NCBI GenBank assembly: GCA_965223155.1
Contig: CBDCVR010000014.1
Location: 416,001 to 480,000, forward strand
Reading direction: 5' to 3'
DNA from: Candidatus Multivoradales bacterium
GTDB lineage: Bacteria; Acidobacteriota; Thermoanaerobaculia; Multivoradales; JAHEKO01
DNA length: 64,000 nucleotides
The notes under the pieces were generated by a model. The model was given only the letters and a program-made list of their open reading frames with translations, did no database searches and was not told the origin of the DNA. The position numbers and the translations under genes are program-made. This document shows positions 38,533 through 48,873 of the stretch, one piece after another. Positions within the stretch are counted from its first letter, which is position 1. Every line of letters begins with the position of its first letter.

Positions 38533-39342
38533 ATGTACAACGAGTTCTACGGCTTCCGGGAAGCCCCTTTCAACATCACCCCGGATCCGAACTTCCTGTT
38601 CTTCAGCAATCGGCATCTGGAGGCCTACAACCACCTGCTCTTCGGCATCCAGGAGCGCAAGGGATTCATCCAGATCACCGGCGAGGTGGGCGCGGGCAAG
38701 ACGACCCTGTGCCGGGCGCTGCTGGAGCGGCTTGGCGACGAATACAAGACCGCGCTGATCCTGAACCCCATTCTGACCGGCGAACAGCTGCTCTGGCTCA
38801 TCCTGGCCGAGTTCGGCGTGACCGGGATCCCGGACGATCGCACTGAGAACCTCCAACGCTTGAACGAGTACCTGCTGGAACAGGTTCCGCTCGGCAACGA
38901 CGTGGTGCTCATCATCGACGAAGCCCAGGACTTGTCTGTGGATCTCTTGGAAGAGGTCCGGCTGCTGTCGAATCTCGAAACAGACCAGCGCAAGCTCCTT
39001 CAGATCGTGCTCATGGGCCAGCCCGAGCTGCGCACGGTCCTGGACGACCCCTCGCTGCGCCAACTGCGGCAGCGCATCCAGGTCCGTTATCACCTGACGC
39101 CTCTGTCGCTCGACGAGACCGACCGCTACATCCAGCACCGGCTGCACGTCGCCGGGGCCAACTCCCGGCCGGTGTTCCAACGTCGAGCCGTGCGCCAGAT
39201 CCATCGCTACTCCAAGGGCATCCCGCGGCTGGTGAACGCGGTCTGCGACAAGACGCTCCTATGCGGCTACGTGCTGGGCGTCGATGAGCTCACTTCCCGG
39301 CACGTACGCCGGGCAGTGCGCGAGCTGGAGGGCCGCCATTGA
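38533..39342 (+). CDS. ExeA/GspA-type AAA ATPase
   Basis: MYNEFYGFREAPFNITPDP, TGEVGAGKTT, IIDEAQ, LLSNLET, GQPEL, GIPRLVN. Confidence 0.92.
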   Translation: MYNEFYGFREAPFNITPDPNFLFFSNRHLEAYNHLLFGIQERKGFIQITGEVGAGKTTLCRALLERLGDEYKTALILNPILTGEQLLWLILAEFGVTGIPDDRTENLQRLNEYLLEQVPLGNDVVLIIDEAQDLSVDLLEEVRLLSNLETDQRKLLQIVLMGQPELRTVLDDPSLRQLRQRIQVRYHLTPLSLDETDRYIQHRLHVAGANSRPVFQRRAVRQIHRYSKGIPRLVNAVCDKTLLCGYVLGVDELTSRHVRRAVRELEGRH

Positions 39343-40154
39343 GCCTGGTCAACGAAGCGCTCAAGAAGGCACGCCTCGAGGCCGCGCGCCAGGACGTCAA
39401 GGATCGCGGCGTTCCCTACCCGCGCCTGGACCGGAGCCCGAGCGGGCCGGGTACGCGCCTCGGGCTCGCCGCCGGCTTGATCGTGGCGCTGGCCCTGGCC
39501 GGCCTGGTCGGTTACGGGCTCTACCGGCTGGGGCTCGCGGCCGGCGGCGGCGAGGCCCCGCAAACCGCGACGGCGGAGGGAACCTCGGCACCAGCTGAGT
39601 CGATCGCCGAACCAGTCTCGGCAGAAGCGGCCGAGGCGATCGAGCCGGCGACTCGAACGACACCACACAGCGACAACACCGGCGAGGGCGCCGAGAGCCC
39701 TGCCCAGACAAGGGCCGAGGCGGGCGGCACTCGCAGGGCGCCCCAACCCTCCGCAACCCCAACCAGCGCCCTGAGCTCTCTCGCGCCTGACCCGGCCCGG
39801 CTCGCGGCTGCGACCGGCTCGGAGGAAGACCGGCCCGCGAGGGCGCCGTCACCCTCGGTCGCGGCACCGGTGACAGCGCCGACGGCGACCGTGTCCAGGA
39901 CGGGCGACGGGCGAGAGAGACAGAACCCGGCGCCTGCCGAGAGCGGAGCGACGGCCACCCTCGCCGGCGTCGGCACGGTCACCCTGGGAGGGATCGCCTG
40001 GTCGGGCGATCGCCCGTTTGCCCTGGTCAACGGCAAAGTGGTAGCGCCCGGCGACGCGATCGCCGGCTTCGAGGACTCAGAGGTCGAGGTCATCGATCCC
40101 GACCGGGTTACGCTGACCGTTGCCGGCCGCCGGATCGTCCTCGCTCTCGAATAG
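39339..40154 (+). CDS. ExeB/GspB-like membrane-anchored protein
   Basis: MSLVNEALKKA, TM helix, Pro/Ala linker, L.GI.WS...ALVNG..V..GD. Confidence 0.8.
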   Translation: MSLVNEALKKARLEAARQDVKDRGVPYPRLDRSPSGPGTRLGLAAGLIVALALAGLVGYGLYRLGLAAGGGEAPQTATAEGTSAPAESIAEPVSAEAAEAIEPATRTTPHSDNTGEGAESPAQTRAEAGGTRRAPQPSATPTSALSSLAPDPARLAAATGSEEDRPARAPSPSVAAPVTAPTATVSRTGDGRERQNPAPAESGATATLAGVGTVTLGGIAWSGDRPFALVNGKVVAPGDAIAGFEDSEVEVIDPDRVTLTVAGRRIVLALE

Positions 40155-40178
40155 CGGCGGAATCCGCTGGCGCTCCGG

Positions 40179-41252
40179 CTAGCTCGACGCCTCGCGCACG
40201 ATGCGCCAGAGGCCGCCTTCGAGGTGTAGGTCCAGCACCTTGTCCACGGTGTCCGAGTAGCTGTCGGACCGATAGGTCTGGAGAAAGCTGACCCGAACCC
40301 GGTCCCCACCCCGATTGGGAACATCCTGCCAGGATAGGCGGGTCACTGCCACTCGAATGGTCGAGGGCGCGGTCAGGCGTTGGGCCCGCAGCCGTTGCCA
40401 GGCCGCGAGCGACTCCCCGCTCTCCGGGACGAAGGCTGAAGAGTAGTGCCCGAGATAGGCGTCCACGTCCTGCGCCGACCAGGCCGCGGCCCAGGAGCGC
40501 ACGAAGCCCTCGACGTCCAAGCGCACGGACGATCCGGCCAGAGGCTCGCCGGCCTCTTCAGCCGGCGCCGGCACCGCGACGGCTCGCGCTCCAACGCGGT
40601 CCGTCGGCGCGCCCATGCCGGGAGCACCCGCCGGCGAACCACCGGCAATCCGGCTCGGCACCGGCATTGACGCGATCGCCGCGCTCCCGGAAGGATCGAG
40701 CGCCGGGCTGGCGACCTGCTGGGCCTCGGCGGGCGCCGGTGCCGATCCGGCCTCCTCGTTGCCGGCCGATCGGAGCCAAAGGGCCGCCAGCACCGCCGCG
40801 CCCAGCACTGCCCCCACTACCAGCCCTTTGCGAACGGCGCCGCCTCTGGCGCGCGAAGCCACGACGCCGGTCGGAGCATCAGCACCGGCGTTGACGTCAA
40901 AAACCACGGTTCCTTCGGGAAGCTGATTCAGGATCAGCCAGCGAATCAGGCGCCGGCTCTCGCGATCGAGCTCGGTGAACTCGACCCCCATCCCGGCCGG
41001 CCGATCCTGACCGTCGTTCCGCTCCCGGGACCAGACCACCCAGCCCTTGCCGCGCACGAGCTGCGCGCCGTCCTGAAGACCGAACTCGAACGACACTGGA
41101 GTCCCGGGAGGCTGGGGATCGTCCGAGCGAATGAACATCCCGGTCATCGAAAGGTTCGCGGAATACTCGGTCGCGAACCCGTCGAAGTCGGGGAACCTCA
41201 GCACGATCTTCCTGTGCAGCGCGATGCGGCGCGATTCGACCGGTTTCCCCAT
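40179..41252 (-). CDS. TIGR02266/PilZ-like domain, TM helix and C-terminal NTF2-like domain
   Basis: YSANLS.TGMFI, G.VVW, GMGVEF; W..AWS.QD...Y...YS..F, F.Q.Y.S..YSD...K.L.......WRI..E. Confidence 0.8.
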   Translation of the reverse strand: MGKPVESRRIALHRKIVLRFPDFDGFATEYSANLSMTGMFIRSDDPQPPGTPVSFEFGLQDGAQLVRGKGWVVWSRERNDGQDRPAGMGVEFTELDRESRRLIRWLILNQLPEGTVVFDVNAGADAPTGVVASRARGGAVRKGLVVGAVLGAAVLAALWLRSAGNEEAGSAPAPAEAQQVASPALDPSGSAAIASMPVPSRIAGGSPAGAPGMGAPTDRVGARAVAVPAPAEEAGEPLAGSSVRLDVEGFVRSWAAAWSAQDVDAYLGHYSSAFVPESGESLAAWQRLRAQRLTAPSTIRVAVTRLSWQDVPNRGGDRVRVSFLQTYRSDSYSDTVDKVLDLHLEGGLWRIVREASS

Positions 41253-41404
41253 GATTCTGCCTCAAAAAAATCCTAGCACGGCGTCTTTGACCCGGCCGGC
41301 CGCCGGCACCGCTGGAGAGCCGCTCCGGCTCCGGCCGGGCTACGCGCTGGCCCCCGGTCAGGCTCCACCCTGGCTCCAGCTTTACTCCGATATCATCGGC
41401 GGCC

Positions 41405-42232
41405 ATGCCCGGCCCCCGGCGCCAGAAGAAACGACGTGGCAACAAGCCCGGCCTGGCCTCGAAGGCGGATCGCTTCGACCTGTACCAGCGGGCGGTACAG
41501 TCACCTGAGGCCGACGTGGAGTTCTTCGTCGAGCGCTTTCGCGGCCTGCGCGGCAGGGAGCCCATGAGCCTGCGCGAGGACTTCTGCGGCACCGCTCTTC
41601 TGGCCACGACCTGGCTCGCCGGCGACCCGGAGCGCACGGCCCTGGCGGTCGATCTGGACCGCGAACCGCTGGACTGGGGTCTCGAGCACAACGCCTCCGA
41701 CGAGTCGCTACGCGCCCGCCTGGAAATTCGTTGCGCCGACGTCTTGGAGGTGGACGCGCCCCGGGTCGATCTGGCTTGCGCCATGAACTTCAGCTACTGC
41801 ACGTTCAAGACGCGCGACCAGCTCCGGCGGTACTTTTCCACCGTCCATGCCGGCCTCACCGATGACGGCGTCTTCGTGTGCGAGCTCTATGGCGGCACCG
41901 AAGCCGTTACCGAGTTCGAGGAGGAACGGGACGTCGACGACTTCGTCTTCGTCTGGGAGCAGGAGTCTTTCAACCCCATCGACCACCGCACCGTTTGCCA
42001 TATTCACTTCGCGTTCCGTGACGGCTCGACCCTGGAGAAAGCGTTCACGTACGATTGGCGCCTATGGTCCATCCCCGAGGTGCTCGAGTTACTCATCGAG
42101 GCCGGCTTCGAAACCGCGAACGTGTACTGGGAGGAGACGGATGAAGACGGCGACGGCACTGGGCACCACCACCTGGCCACGGTCGAAGAGAATCAGGAAG
42201 GCTGGCTTGTCTACGTTGTGGCGGGCCGGTAA
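41405..42232 (+). CDS. Class I SAM-dependent methyltransferase
   Basis: LYQ.AVQSP, LREDFCGT, AVDLD, A.NFSY, AF.YDWRLWS. Confidence 0.82.
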   Translation: MPGPRRQKKRRGNKPGLASKADRFDLYQRAVQSPEADVEFFVERFRGLRGREPMSLREDFCGTALLATTWLAGDPERTALAVDLDREPLDWGLEHNASDESLRARLEIRCADVLEVDAPRVDLACAMNFSYCTFKTRDQLRRYFSTVHAGLTDDGVFVCELYGGTEAVTEFEEERDVDDFVFVWEQESFNPIDHRTVCHIHFAFRDGSTLEKAFTYDWRLWSIPEVLELLIEAGFETANVYWEETDEDGDGTGHHHLATVEENQEGWLVYVVAGR

Positions 42233-42247
42233 CCAAGGAGTCCGCCG

Positions 42248-43339
42248 ATGAGCGTGGAGGCGCTTTTCGAAGCACTCGAGGGCACTCGGGCCGGACAGCT
42301 CGTGGCCGGCAACCCCTGGGTCCGGGCTCTGGCCGTCCTGATGCTGGCGGCGATTCTGGCCAAGCTCGTCGATTTCGTCATCACCCGCGGCATCATGGCC
42401 TGGACACGGCGCACCAAGACCGAGCTTGACGACCGTCTGATCGCCGCCCTCCACCGCCCGGTCTTTTGGACCGTGGTGTTGATGGGAATTCGCTACGCCA
42501 CAGCGTCACTGGCACCGGAAGGAATCTGGGCCGTCTCGGTCCGGCCCATCCTGATCACGATCGCCATCGTGCTCTGGGCCTCCTTCACGATCCGGGCGGT
42601 CACCCTGCTGCTCGAAGCCGCTAGCGCGTGGGAGGACCGAGCAGCCTACGTCGAGCCCCGGACCCTGGCCCTCTTCCAGAACAGCGCTCGGGTCATCCTG
42701 TTCGCGGCCGCGATTTACCTGATGCTCCTGGCCTGGGGTATCGACGTCAAAGGCTGGCTGGCCACGGCCGGAGTGCTGGGCATCGTGCTGGGCCTGGCGG
42801 CCCAGGACTCCCTGGCGAATCTCTTCGCCGGCATCTCGATTCTCGCCGACGCGCCGTACGAGATCGGAGACTTCGTGGTCTTGGACAGCGGCGAGCGTGG
42901 CCGGGTGGAGAAAGTCGGATTGCGCAGCACCCGGCTGCTGACCCGGGACGACATCGAGGTCACCGTCCCCAACTCGGTGATCGCCCAGGCCAAGATCATC
43001 AACGAGAGCGGCGGGCCGTGGGAGAAGGAGCGCATCCGCGTCAAGGTCGAGACCGCCTACGGAGTGAACGTCCCCGACATTCGCTCGACTCTCCTCGAGA
43101 TCGCGCGCGAGAACGACTACCTCGCGGAGGAGCCCGAACCCCGCGTGCGCCTTCGCGGACTCGGGACCTCGGCCCTGGAGTTCGAGCTCCTGGGCTGGAT
43201 CGACGAACCGGTGCTGCGCGGCCGCGCCCTGGACTCGCTCTACGAAGAGGTCTACGACCGCTTCCGAAGCGACGGCATCGAGATCCCCCATCCGAAACAG
43301 GACGTCTACCTGCGCCCCGTCAAGGGCCAGGAGAGCTAG
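42248..43339 (+). CDS. mscS: Small-conductance mechanosensitive channel
   Basis: GLAAQDSLANLFAG, P..IGD, G.V..VGLRST, VPNS, GIEIP. Confidence 0.9.
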   Translation: MSVEALFEALEGTRAGQLVAGNPWVRALAVLMLAAILAKLVDFVITRGIMAWTRRTKTELDDRLIAALHRPVFWTVVLMGIRYATASLAPEGIWAVSVRPILITIAIVLWASFTIRAVTLLLEAASAWEDRAAYVEPRTLALFQNSARVILFAAAIYLMLLAWGIDVKGWLATAGVLGIVLGLAAQDSLANLFAGISILADAPYEIGDFVVLDSGERGRVEKVGLRSTRLLTRDDIEVTVPNSVIAQAKIINESGGPWEKERIRVKVETAYGVNVPDIRSTLLEIARENDYLAEEPEPRVRLRGLGTSALEFELLGWIDEPVLRGRALDSLYEEVYDRFRSDGIEIPHPKQDVYLRPVKGQES

Positions 43340-43436
43340 GAACCTAGTCGAGGATGCGGGCAGCCTGGCACCCGCATCCCGACGGCCCGGGCCGCCAGCC
43401 CGAGTGCGTCGCCACAATCGCCAGCGCGAGGGCTGG

Positions 43437-44129
43437 CTAAGCGCCCACCTTGATCAGCTCGACGTCGAACACCAGGACCGCGTTGGGACCGATCTGAGGA
43501 GCCCGGCCCCGGTCGCCGTACGCCAGCTCGCCGGGGATCCAGAGGCGCCACTTGGCACCTTCCTTCATGAGCTGGAGGGCTTCCACCCAGCCTGGAATGA
43601 CCCCGGTCACCGGGAAGGTCACCGGCTCACCGCGCTCGTACGAGCTGTCGAAGACGTTCCCGTTCAGAAGCGATCCCTGGTAGTGAACCGTCACATGGTC
43701 CGCCTCGGTCGGGCTGGCGCCAGTGCCGGCGGTCAGCACTTGGTACTGCAAGCCGGACTCCGTGACCACCACCCCATCCAGCTTGGCGTTGGCCTCGAGC
43801 GCGGTCGCGCCCTCTGCCAGGTTGCGCCGGCCCAGCTCGGCCAGCATGGCCTCGGCTCGGGCCTTGACCTGGGCATCGAGCTCGCGCAGAGCCGCCGAAA
43901 CCTCTTCTTGCGTCAGCAGACTGGCCTCTCCGGCCAGCGCATCGCGGACGCCCTGAGCCAGGAGCTCGACGTTGACGGCCACCTGCTGCGCCGCCAGGCG
44001 CTGGCCCAGATTGAGACCGATCCCGTAGCTCGCGCGGTCGGCCATGGACTCGGGCTTTTCGGCCTGGGCGGCGAGCTCGCCGCCGGCCAGAAGGACAAGG
44101 GAAGCAATTGCGATAGGGATGATTTTCAT
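43437..44129 (-). CDS. FKBP-type peptidyl-prolyl isomerase
   Basis: SYGIG, ESGLQY, VHYQG.L.NG.VFDSS..RG, VIPGW.E.L, LAYG, LVFDVEL. Confidence 0.95.
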   Translation of the reverse strand: MKIIPIAIASLVLLAGGELAAQAEKPESMADRASYGIGLNLGQRLAAQQVAVNVELLAQGVRDALAGEASLLTQEEVSAALRELDAQVKARAEAMLAELGRRNLAEGATALEANAKLDGVVVTESGLQYQVLTAGTGASPTEADHVTVHYQGSLLNGNVFDSSYERGEPVTFPVTGVIPGWVEALQLMKEGAKWRLWIPGELAYGDRGRAPQIGPNAVLVFDVELIKVGA

Positions 44130-44192
44130 GGGTTTCTCCATAGGGAATCGTGGCAAGCGGACCCGGAGGAACCGCTCAGAGGCATTTGTGAG

Positions 44193-46730
44193 TCAGCGTG
44201 GCACGTAGCCGCGCAGCGCCCGGACCTCGTGTCCGGGGCGATCGACGGCAACCGTAACGGTTCGGAACTCCTCGCCCTCGGTCTGGGCGGGCTGATAGGC
44301 CAGGAAGTACTTGGATCGCATGTCCTGTTGCACCGAGGTGTAGACGGCATCCAGCTCGGAGACGTCGTCCACAAGAAAGGCCCTGCCCCCGGTCTCCTCG
44401 GCCAGGCGCACGAGTTCGGCCTTGCCGCGGCGGGTCATGCCCTGACGCAGACCGAGAGTGTAGACGGTGACGCCGCTGCGCAGAGCGTACTCCCGGACCT
44501 CCTCGAAAGTAGTCCGGCTGCGGCGATCCTCACCGTCGGAGAGGAGCAACAGCGCTCGCTGCCCCTTGAGGCCGCGAAACGCGTAGAGTGAAAACAGGAG
44601 GCTGTCGTAGAGCGCGGTGCCGCTGCCGGCGCGCAGCCCGGCGAGGGCGCCGGTCAAGACGGTGACGTCGTTGGTGAAGGCGGCCGCCATCCGCGGCTTC
44701 TCGTCGAAGGTGACAACCGCCGCCCGATCCTGGGACCGCACCGTCTGCTTCAAGAACCGCACCGCCGCTTCCTTGACCGGAGCCAGCCGTTCGGCCATCG
44801 AAGCCGACGTGTCGATCATCAGGCCGACATGGATGGGCAGATTCTCCAGCTCTTCGAAGCGCACCAGATCCTGCCGGACGCCGTCCTCCAGCACCTGGAA
44901 CGCCGACTCGGCAAGGTCTCGAACCGGCCGGCCGTTGTCGTCCAGGACGGTGGCGAAGACCTCGACCAGGCGCACGTCGACCTGCTCGAAGAAGCCGCCA
45001 TTCACGACCGAGACGGCCTCGGTCGAGTTGCCGTCCTCCAAGAACGCCTCAGCCCGGATGACCGTCAGGCTCTCGGAGGCCAGCTCGACCTCGACCGTAA
45101 ACGGCTCCTGGTACAAGGTGGTTACCCGCCGATCGTCGATGAAGAACTCGACGCGGTCCAGGCCCGCGTCGGCCGGAACTTCGACCGCGGCTCGGACCCG
45201 CACTCGCTCGGAGTGCTCCGATCCCGGCCGCGGCTCAACCAGTCGCAGCACGAAGGCATAGTCTCCGGCATTGACTAGGAGCTCATCGGTGGCGATCTCG
45301 CGTCCCTCAGCGTCATAGGCGATCGCCCGCACCGCCAAGGTATCCAAGTCTCCCAAGGCCAGGTCCACGCTGAAGGGCGGCCGGGTCTTGGTCAAGATCA
45401 CCCGATCTTCGAGCAAGAACGTCACCTTGTCGGGCTCGGTTCCTTCGATCTGGGCCGAGAACCGAGCATAGCCCCGCTGCAGGTCCTTGCCCTCGCCGGT
45501 GAGGCGCAGGCTCGTGCCGGCAGCAGCGGCGGGCTCCGGCCCGTCCGTCGCGACCTCCTCCGCGGCCGGCTCCGCGGGCCGGCCGCGGAGGGCCGGCACT
45601 TCGATTTCCCGCTCCTCGCGGTGGACGCCGCCGCCCACGATGTCTTGGAGCTTGACCACGAGACGGTAGTTCCCGGGCCGGAGCCAGCGCTCGAAGACCA
45701 CCGGCAGAGCCCCCTCGGAGCCGATCGTGGGCTCGGCCACGTCGAACACCATCTTGAAGGACTCGAACAGCTCCTCGCCGCGGAGCACTTCGCCTGTGAG
45801 GGCAAAGTTGTAGCTCGTTCGATCGCCCAGGTTCTGAACCTGGGCGCGCTCGGCCGGCACCGCCAGAAGTCCCCGAACCACCGTCCGCTGCTGGTGGCGT
45901 CCCGGGTACTCGAGCGACAGCTCCGCCTCGAGGGCGGGAGCCGCGGGGTCGGCTTCGGTCGAAAACGCGTGAAAGCTCGTCAGCCACTCCGGATCGGCGT
46001 TCTGGGGCCGCCGCGTACTGGCCAGGATCTCCGAATCGCCACGCTGGCGGTAGATCTCCAAGGTGTTGGTGATCATGGCAATGAGCTCGCTCGTTTCGGT
46101 GCAACGTCGTTCCAGGTATTCGGGGAAGGTCGCCACGGACGGACTCCCGGCGCCAAGAGCCGTTGCCCGCCACTGCTGGTAATCGCGGGGATTCACCATC
46201 AGGACCTCGTAGCCGTCGGCGGGCCGCCACAGCCGGAAGGGACCGGTATCGAACTTCTGGAAGAAGACAAGCACCGTCCGGCTCTTGGTGTGCGCGCTGT
46301 AGTTGTAGATCCAGAACTCGAGCGGCCACAGGATGCGGCCGCAGCTGGTCTCGATGACCGAGCTGGGCTCGCCATTGAGGGCATAGACGCGCTTGCGATC
46401 GTCCGAAGCCCATTGGTAGCGCTCCCGCGCCTCCTCCAGCCGCGCCAGAAAGGCTCCCCGAAACGGATTGTCGGGGGTTGTCGGATCGGGATCTCGAGCC
46501 TCCCAGAACTCCCGGATGAAGGCATCGCGTTGATAGTCCTTCTCCAGCTCGAGAAAGGCCTTGCGTTCCTTCTTCGAGATCAGGTAGTCGACGTCTTCGA
46601 GCCACTGCTGGTACTTCTCCGGCAGATCCCGGACCTTGACGGCGTAGACGGCGCCGGCGCCCAAGACCACACCGAGGACGGTCACCAGCACCGTTCCTGC
46701 CACGAGTTGCCGACGGATCGAGCGGAACAT
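44193..46730 (-). CDS. Secreted GWxTD-like domain + Ig-like + VWA domain protein
   Basis: WLEDVDYLIS..E...F, FW..RDPDP.T..N, DR...Y...G.P; VWA DTSASM, TALYD, LSDGED. Confidence 0.85.
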   Translation of the reverse strand: MFRSIRRQLVAGTVLVTVLGVVLGAGAVYAVKVRDLPEKYQQWLEDVDYLISKKERKAFLELEKDYQRDAFIREFWEARDPDPTTPDNPFRGAFLARLEEARERYQWASDDRKRVYALNGEPSSVIETSCGRILWPLEFWIYNYSAHTKSRTVLVFFQKFDTGPFRLWRPADGYEVLMVNPRDYQQWRATALGAGSPSVATFPEYLERRCTETSELIAMITNTLEIYRQRGDSEILASTRRPQNADPEWLTSFHAFSTEADPAAPALEAELSLEYPGRHQQRTVVRGLLAVPAERAQVQNLGDRTSYNFALTGEVLRGEELFESFKMVFDVAEPTIGSEGALPVVFERWLRPGNYRLVVKLQDIVGGGVHREEREIEVPALRGRPAEPAAEEVATDGPEPAAAAGTSLRLTGEGKDLQRGYARFSAQIEGTEPDKVTFLLEDRVILTKTRPPFSVDLALGDLDTLAVRAIAYDAEGREIATDELLVNAGDYAFVLRLVEPRPGSEHSERVRVRAAVEVPADAGLDRVEFFIDDRRVTTLYQEPFTVEVELASESLTVIRAEAFLEDGNSTEAVSVVNGGFFEQVDVRLVEVFATVLDDNGRPVRDLAESAFQVLEDGVRQDLVRFEELENLPIHVGLMIDTSASMAERLAPVKEAAVRFLKQTVRSQDRAAVVTFDEKPRMAAAFTNDVTVLTGALAGLRAGSGTALYDSLLFSLYAFRGLKGQRALLLLSDGEDRRSRTTFEEVREYALRSGVTVYTLGLRQGMTRRGKAELVRLAEETGGRAFLVDDVSELDAVYTSVQQDMRSKYFLAYQPAQTEGEEFRTVTVAVDRPGHEVRALRGYVPR

Positions 46731-46884
46731 TGCGCTTCCCATCTTGCCATTTTCGTGCCACGGCACCAATGAGAAGCCCGCGCCGTCCCAGGCCGGCCAG
46801 GCCCGGCCCGATCGGGACCGCGGCCGCTCTCGGCCCCGTCTCGGCCCCGTCTCAGACGCCCCGGAGGACTGCTAGACTGCCGGC

Positions 46885-48525
46885 GTGCTCAAGCTCAGAA
46901 TCGACTCCGCCGACGGCGAGAGCTTCGAACACCTGGTCTCGGGCGACGAGTTGACGGTCGGCCGAAGCTCCACCGCCGACCTGTCCCTACCGGACCGCTT
47001 CTTATCGCGCCTGCACGCGCGTTTCGCGCACCGGGGCGACGCCTGGGAGGTCGAGGATCTGGGTTCGCGCAACGGCACTTTCCTCAATGGCGAGAGGCTG
47101 ACGAGGGCGGCCGCGGTCTCGGTCGGAGACGAGATCCGGGTCTCGGGCTGCGCCCTGCGGGTCCTGCCCGAGGCCGGAGACAGCCGGGTGGACACCTCCA
47201 CCGAATGGGGCGCGTCGATCTTCATGTCCGCCTCCGATCTGCTGGCCAACGACTCGGCCGTGGTCTCGGAGGACTCGCCCGACGCGTTGCTGGAGCGGGC
47301 CTCCCGGCTCCGGCTCCTCAACGAGGTCCACCAGGCTCTCAGCACGCCAATCTCTCAAGACGACCTGTTGCAGCTCATCCTGTCCAGCGCCTTCGACCAG
47401 ATCAAACCCGAGGAGGGAGCGATCTTCTTGAAGCACGAGGACGGCACCTACGAGCGTGCCGCCAGCCGCACCGGCGAAGAGGACACCCGCGAGCATCTGT
47501 ACTCGGAAACCTTGCTGCGCGAGGTCGGCGACAAGGGCCTGGCGGCACTGGTCTTGGACGCAGGCACCGATGAGCGCTTTCGCGACGCGCAGAGCATTCT
47601 GACCTCGGGCGTGCGCAGCCTGGTGGCCGCCCCCCTCATCGACCAGGAGGGCTCCCTGGGCCTTATCGCCCTGAGCTCGAGCCTCCATCGCAAGCAGTTC
47701 ACCGAAGACGACATGGCGCTGTTGACCTCGCTGGCCTCGGTGGCGGCGATGCGCATTCGCAATCTGGCGCTTGCCGTCCAGGCGGCCGAGCGCAAGCAGC
47801 TTGCCCAGGAGCTGGAACTGGCCCGCAAGATCCAAGTCGGACTGCTGCCGAGCGAGCTGCCCCAGGTCGAGGGCTACGAGCTGGTCGGCCGCAACCTTCC
47901 ATCGCGCGGAGTCTCCGGCGACTTCTTCGAGATCGTCGACCGGGGCGGTGACTGCTTCGTCTTGGTGGCCGACGTCTCGGGCAAGGGCATCGCCGCGTCC
48001 CTCCTCACTGCCTCCCTCGAAGCGCTGGCCGCCGGTCTCATCGAGGATGGCCGGGCGCCCGATGAAGTCTGTGGGTTTGTTTCGTCCAAGCTGTTTCAGC
48101 GGACGCCGCCGGCCAAGTACGCCACGGCTTGGCTAGGAGCCCTGGATCCGGCCAGCGGCGAGCTTCGCTACGTCAACGCCGGCCACAACCCGGCTCTCTT
48201 GGTACGGGCATCGGGCGAGATCGAGGAGCTCGGCTCCAACGGCTTCCCGGTGGGACTGGTCGAGACCGCCGAGTACTCCACGGCCTCGGCCAACCTCGAT
48301 CCTGGTGACCGGTTGGTCGTCTACACCGACGGCATCACCGAAGCCACCGAACGCGAGGACGCCGACGAGGAGTTCGGCACCGAACGCCTGGCCGAAGCCT
48401 GCCGGCAGAACCTGGAAGCGGCAGTCGAAGACCTTGCCGACACCATAGAAGCCACGCTCGAGGAGTTCACCGGCGGCAAGCCCGCCGAGGACGATCGGAC
48501 CCTGGTGATCGTCCACCGCTCGTGA
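46885..48525 (+). CDS. FHA-GAF-SpoIIE (PP2C) phosphatase
   Basis: GRS...D...SR.HA, DLGS.NGT; GDFF, ADVSGKG, NAGHNP, YTDG..E, DD.T. Confidence 0.93.
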   Translation: MLKLRIDSADGESFEHLVSGDELTVGRSSTADLSLPDRFLSRLHARFAHRGDAWEVEDLGSRNGTFLNGERLTRAAAVSVGDEIRVSGCALRVLPEAGDSRVDTSTEWGASIFMSASDLLANDSAVVSEDSPDALLERASRLRLLNEVHQALSTPISQDDLLQLILSSAFDQIKPEEGAIFLKHEDGTYERAASRTGEEDTREHLYSETLLREVGDKGLAALVLDAGTDERFRDAQSILTSGVRSLVAAPLIDQEGSLGLIALSSSLHRKQFTEDDMALLTSLASVAAMRIRNLALAVQAAERKQLAQELELARKIQVGLLPSELPQVEGYELVGRNLPSRGVSGDFFEIVDRGGDCFVLVADVSGKGIAASLLTASLEALAAGLIEDGRAPDEVCGFVSSKLFQRTPPAKYATAWLGALDPASGELRYVNAGHNPALLVRASGEIEELGSNGFPVGLVETAEYSTASANLDPGDRLVVYTDGITEATEREDADEEFGTERLAEACRQNLEAAVEDLADTIEATLEEFTGGKPAEDDRTLVIVHRS

Positions 48526-48873
48526 CGGCCGAACCCAGCAAGACCCGGCGTGGCGCCACCGAAGTCGCCTCCTGCTTGACTTGGCTGGATCCGCGCTCGC
48601 TGGCCATCTTCCGCGTCGCCCTGAGCTCGGCGGGCGCTCTTGCGAAACGTCCTGAGATCGGTTGCCGGACAGCCGGTTGGGCGTGCTAGAATCCTCAAGT
48701 ACTGCAAGGCCGAAAGGGCAACGCAGGACCTCGTACGGAATACGAAATCGGGTCGGTCGACGTCGCCCTAGGAATCGAACGCCGTTTGATCTAGGATGGG
48801 TCACCGAGCCACAACCTGGAGGGATCTTCTCGTAGAGAGAGGGACTTCCGAGACGAAGACGGAAGGAGTTTGA

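Noticed and set aside
34300-39204. 1634-aa ORF in the track
   Set aside because: The first ~627 codons are antisense to the metallophosphoesterase and ExeA genes; the receptor starts at ATG 37323 with a signal peptide.
48700-48760. c-di-GMP-I riboswitch (GCAA..CCGAAAGG..ACGC)
   Set aside because: Partial resemblance only; the second stem with its tetraloop receptor is not evident.
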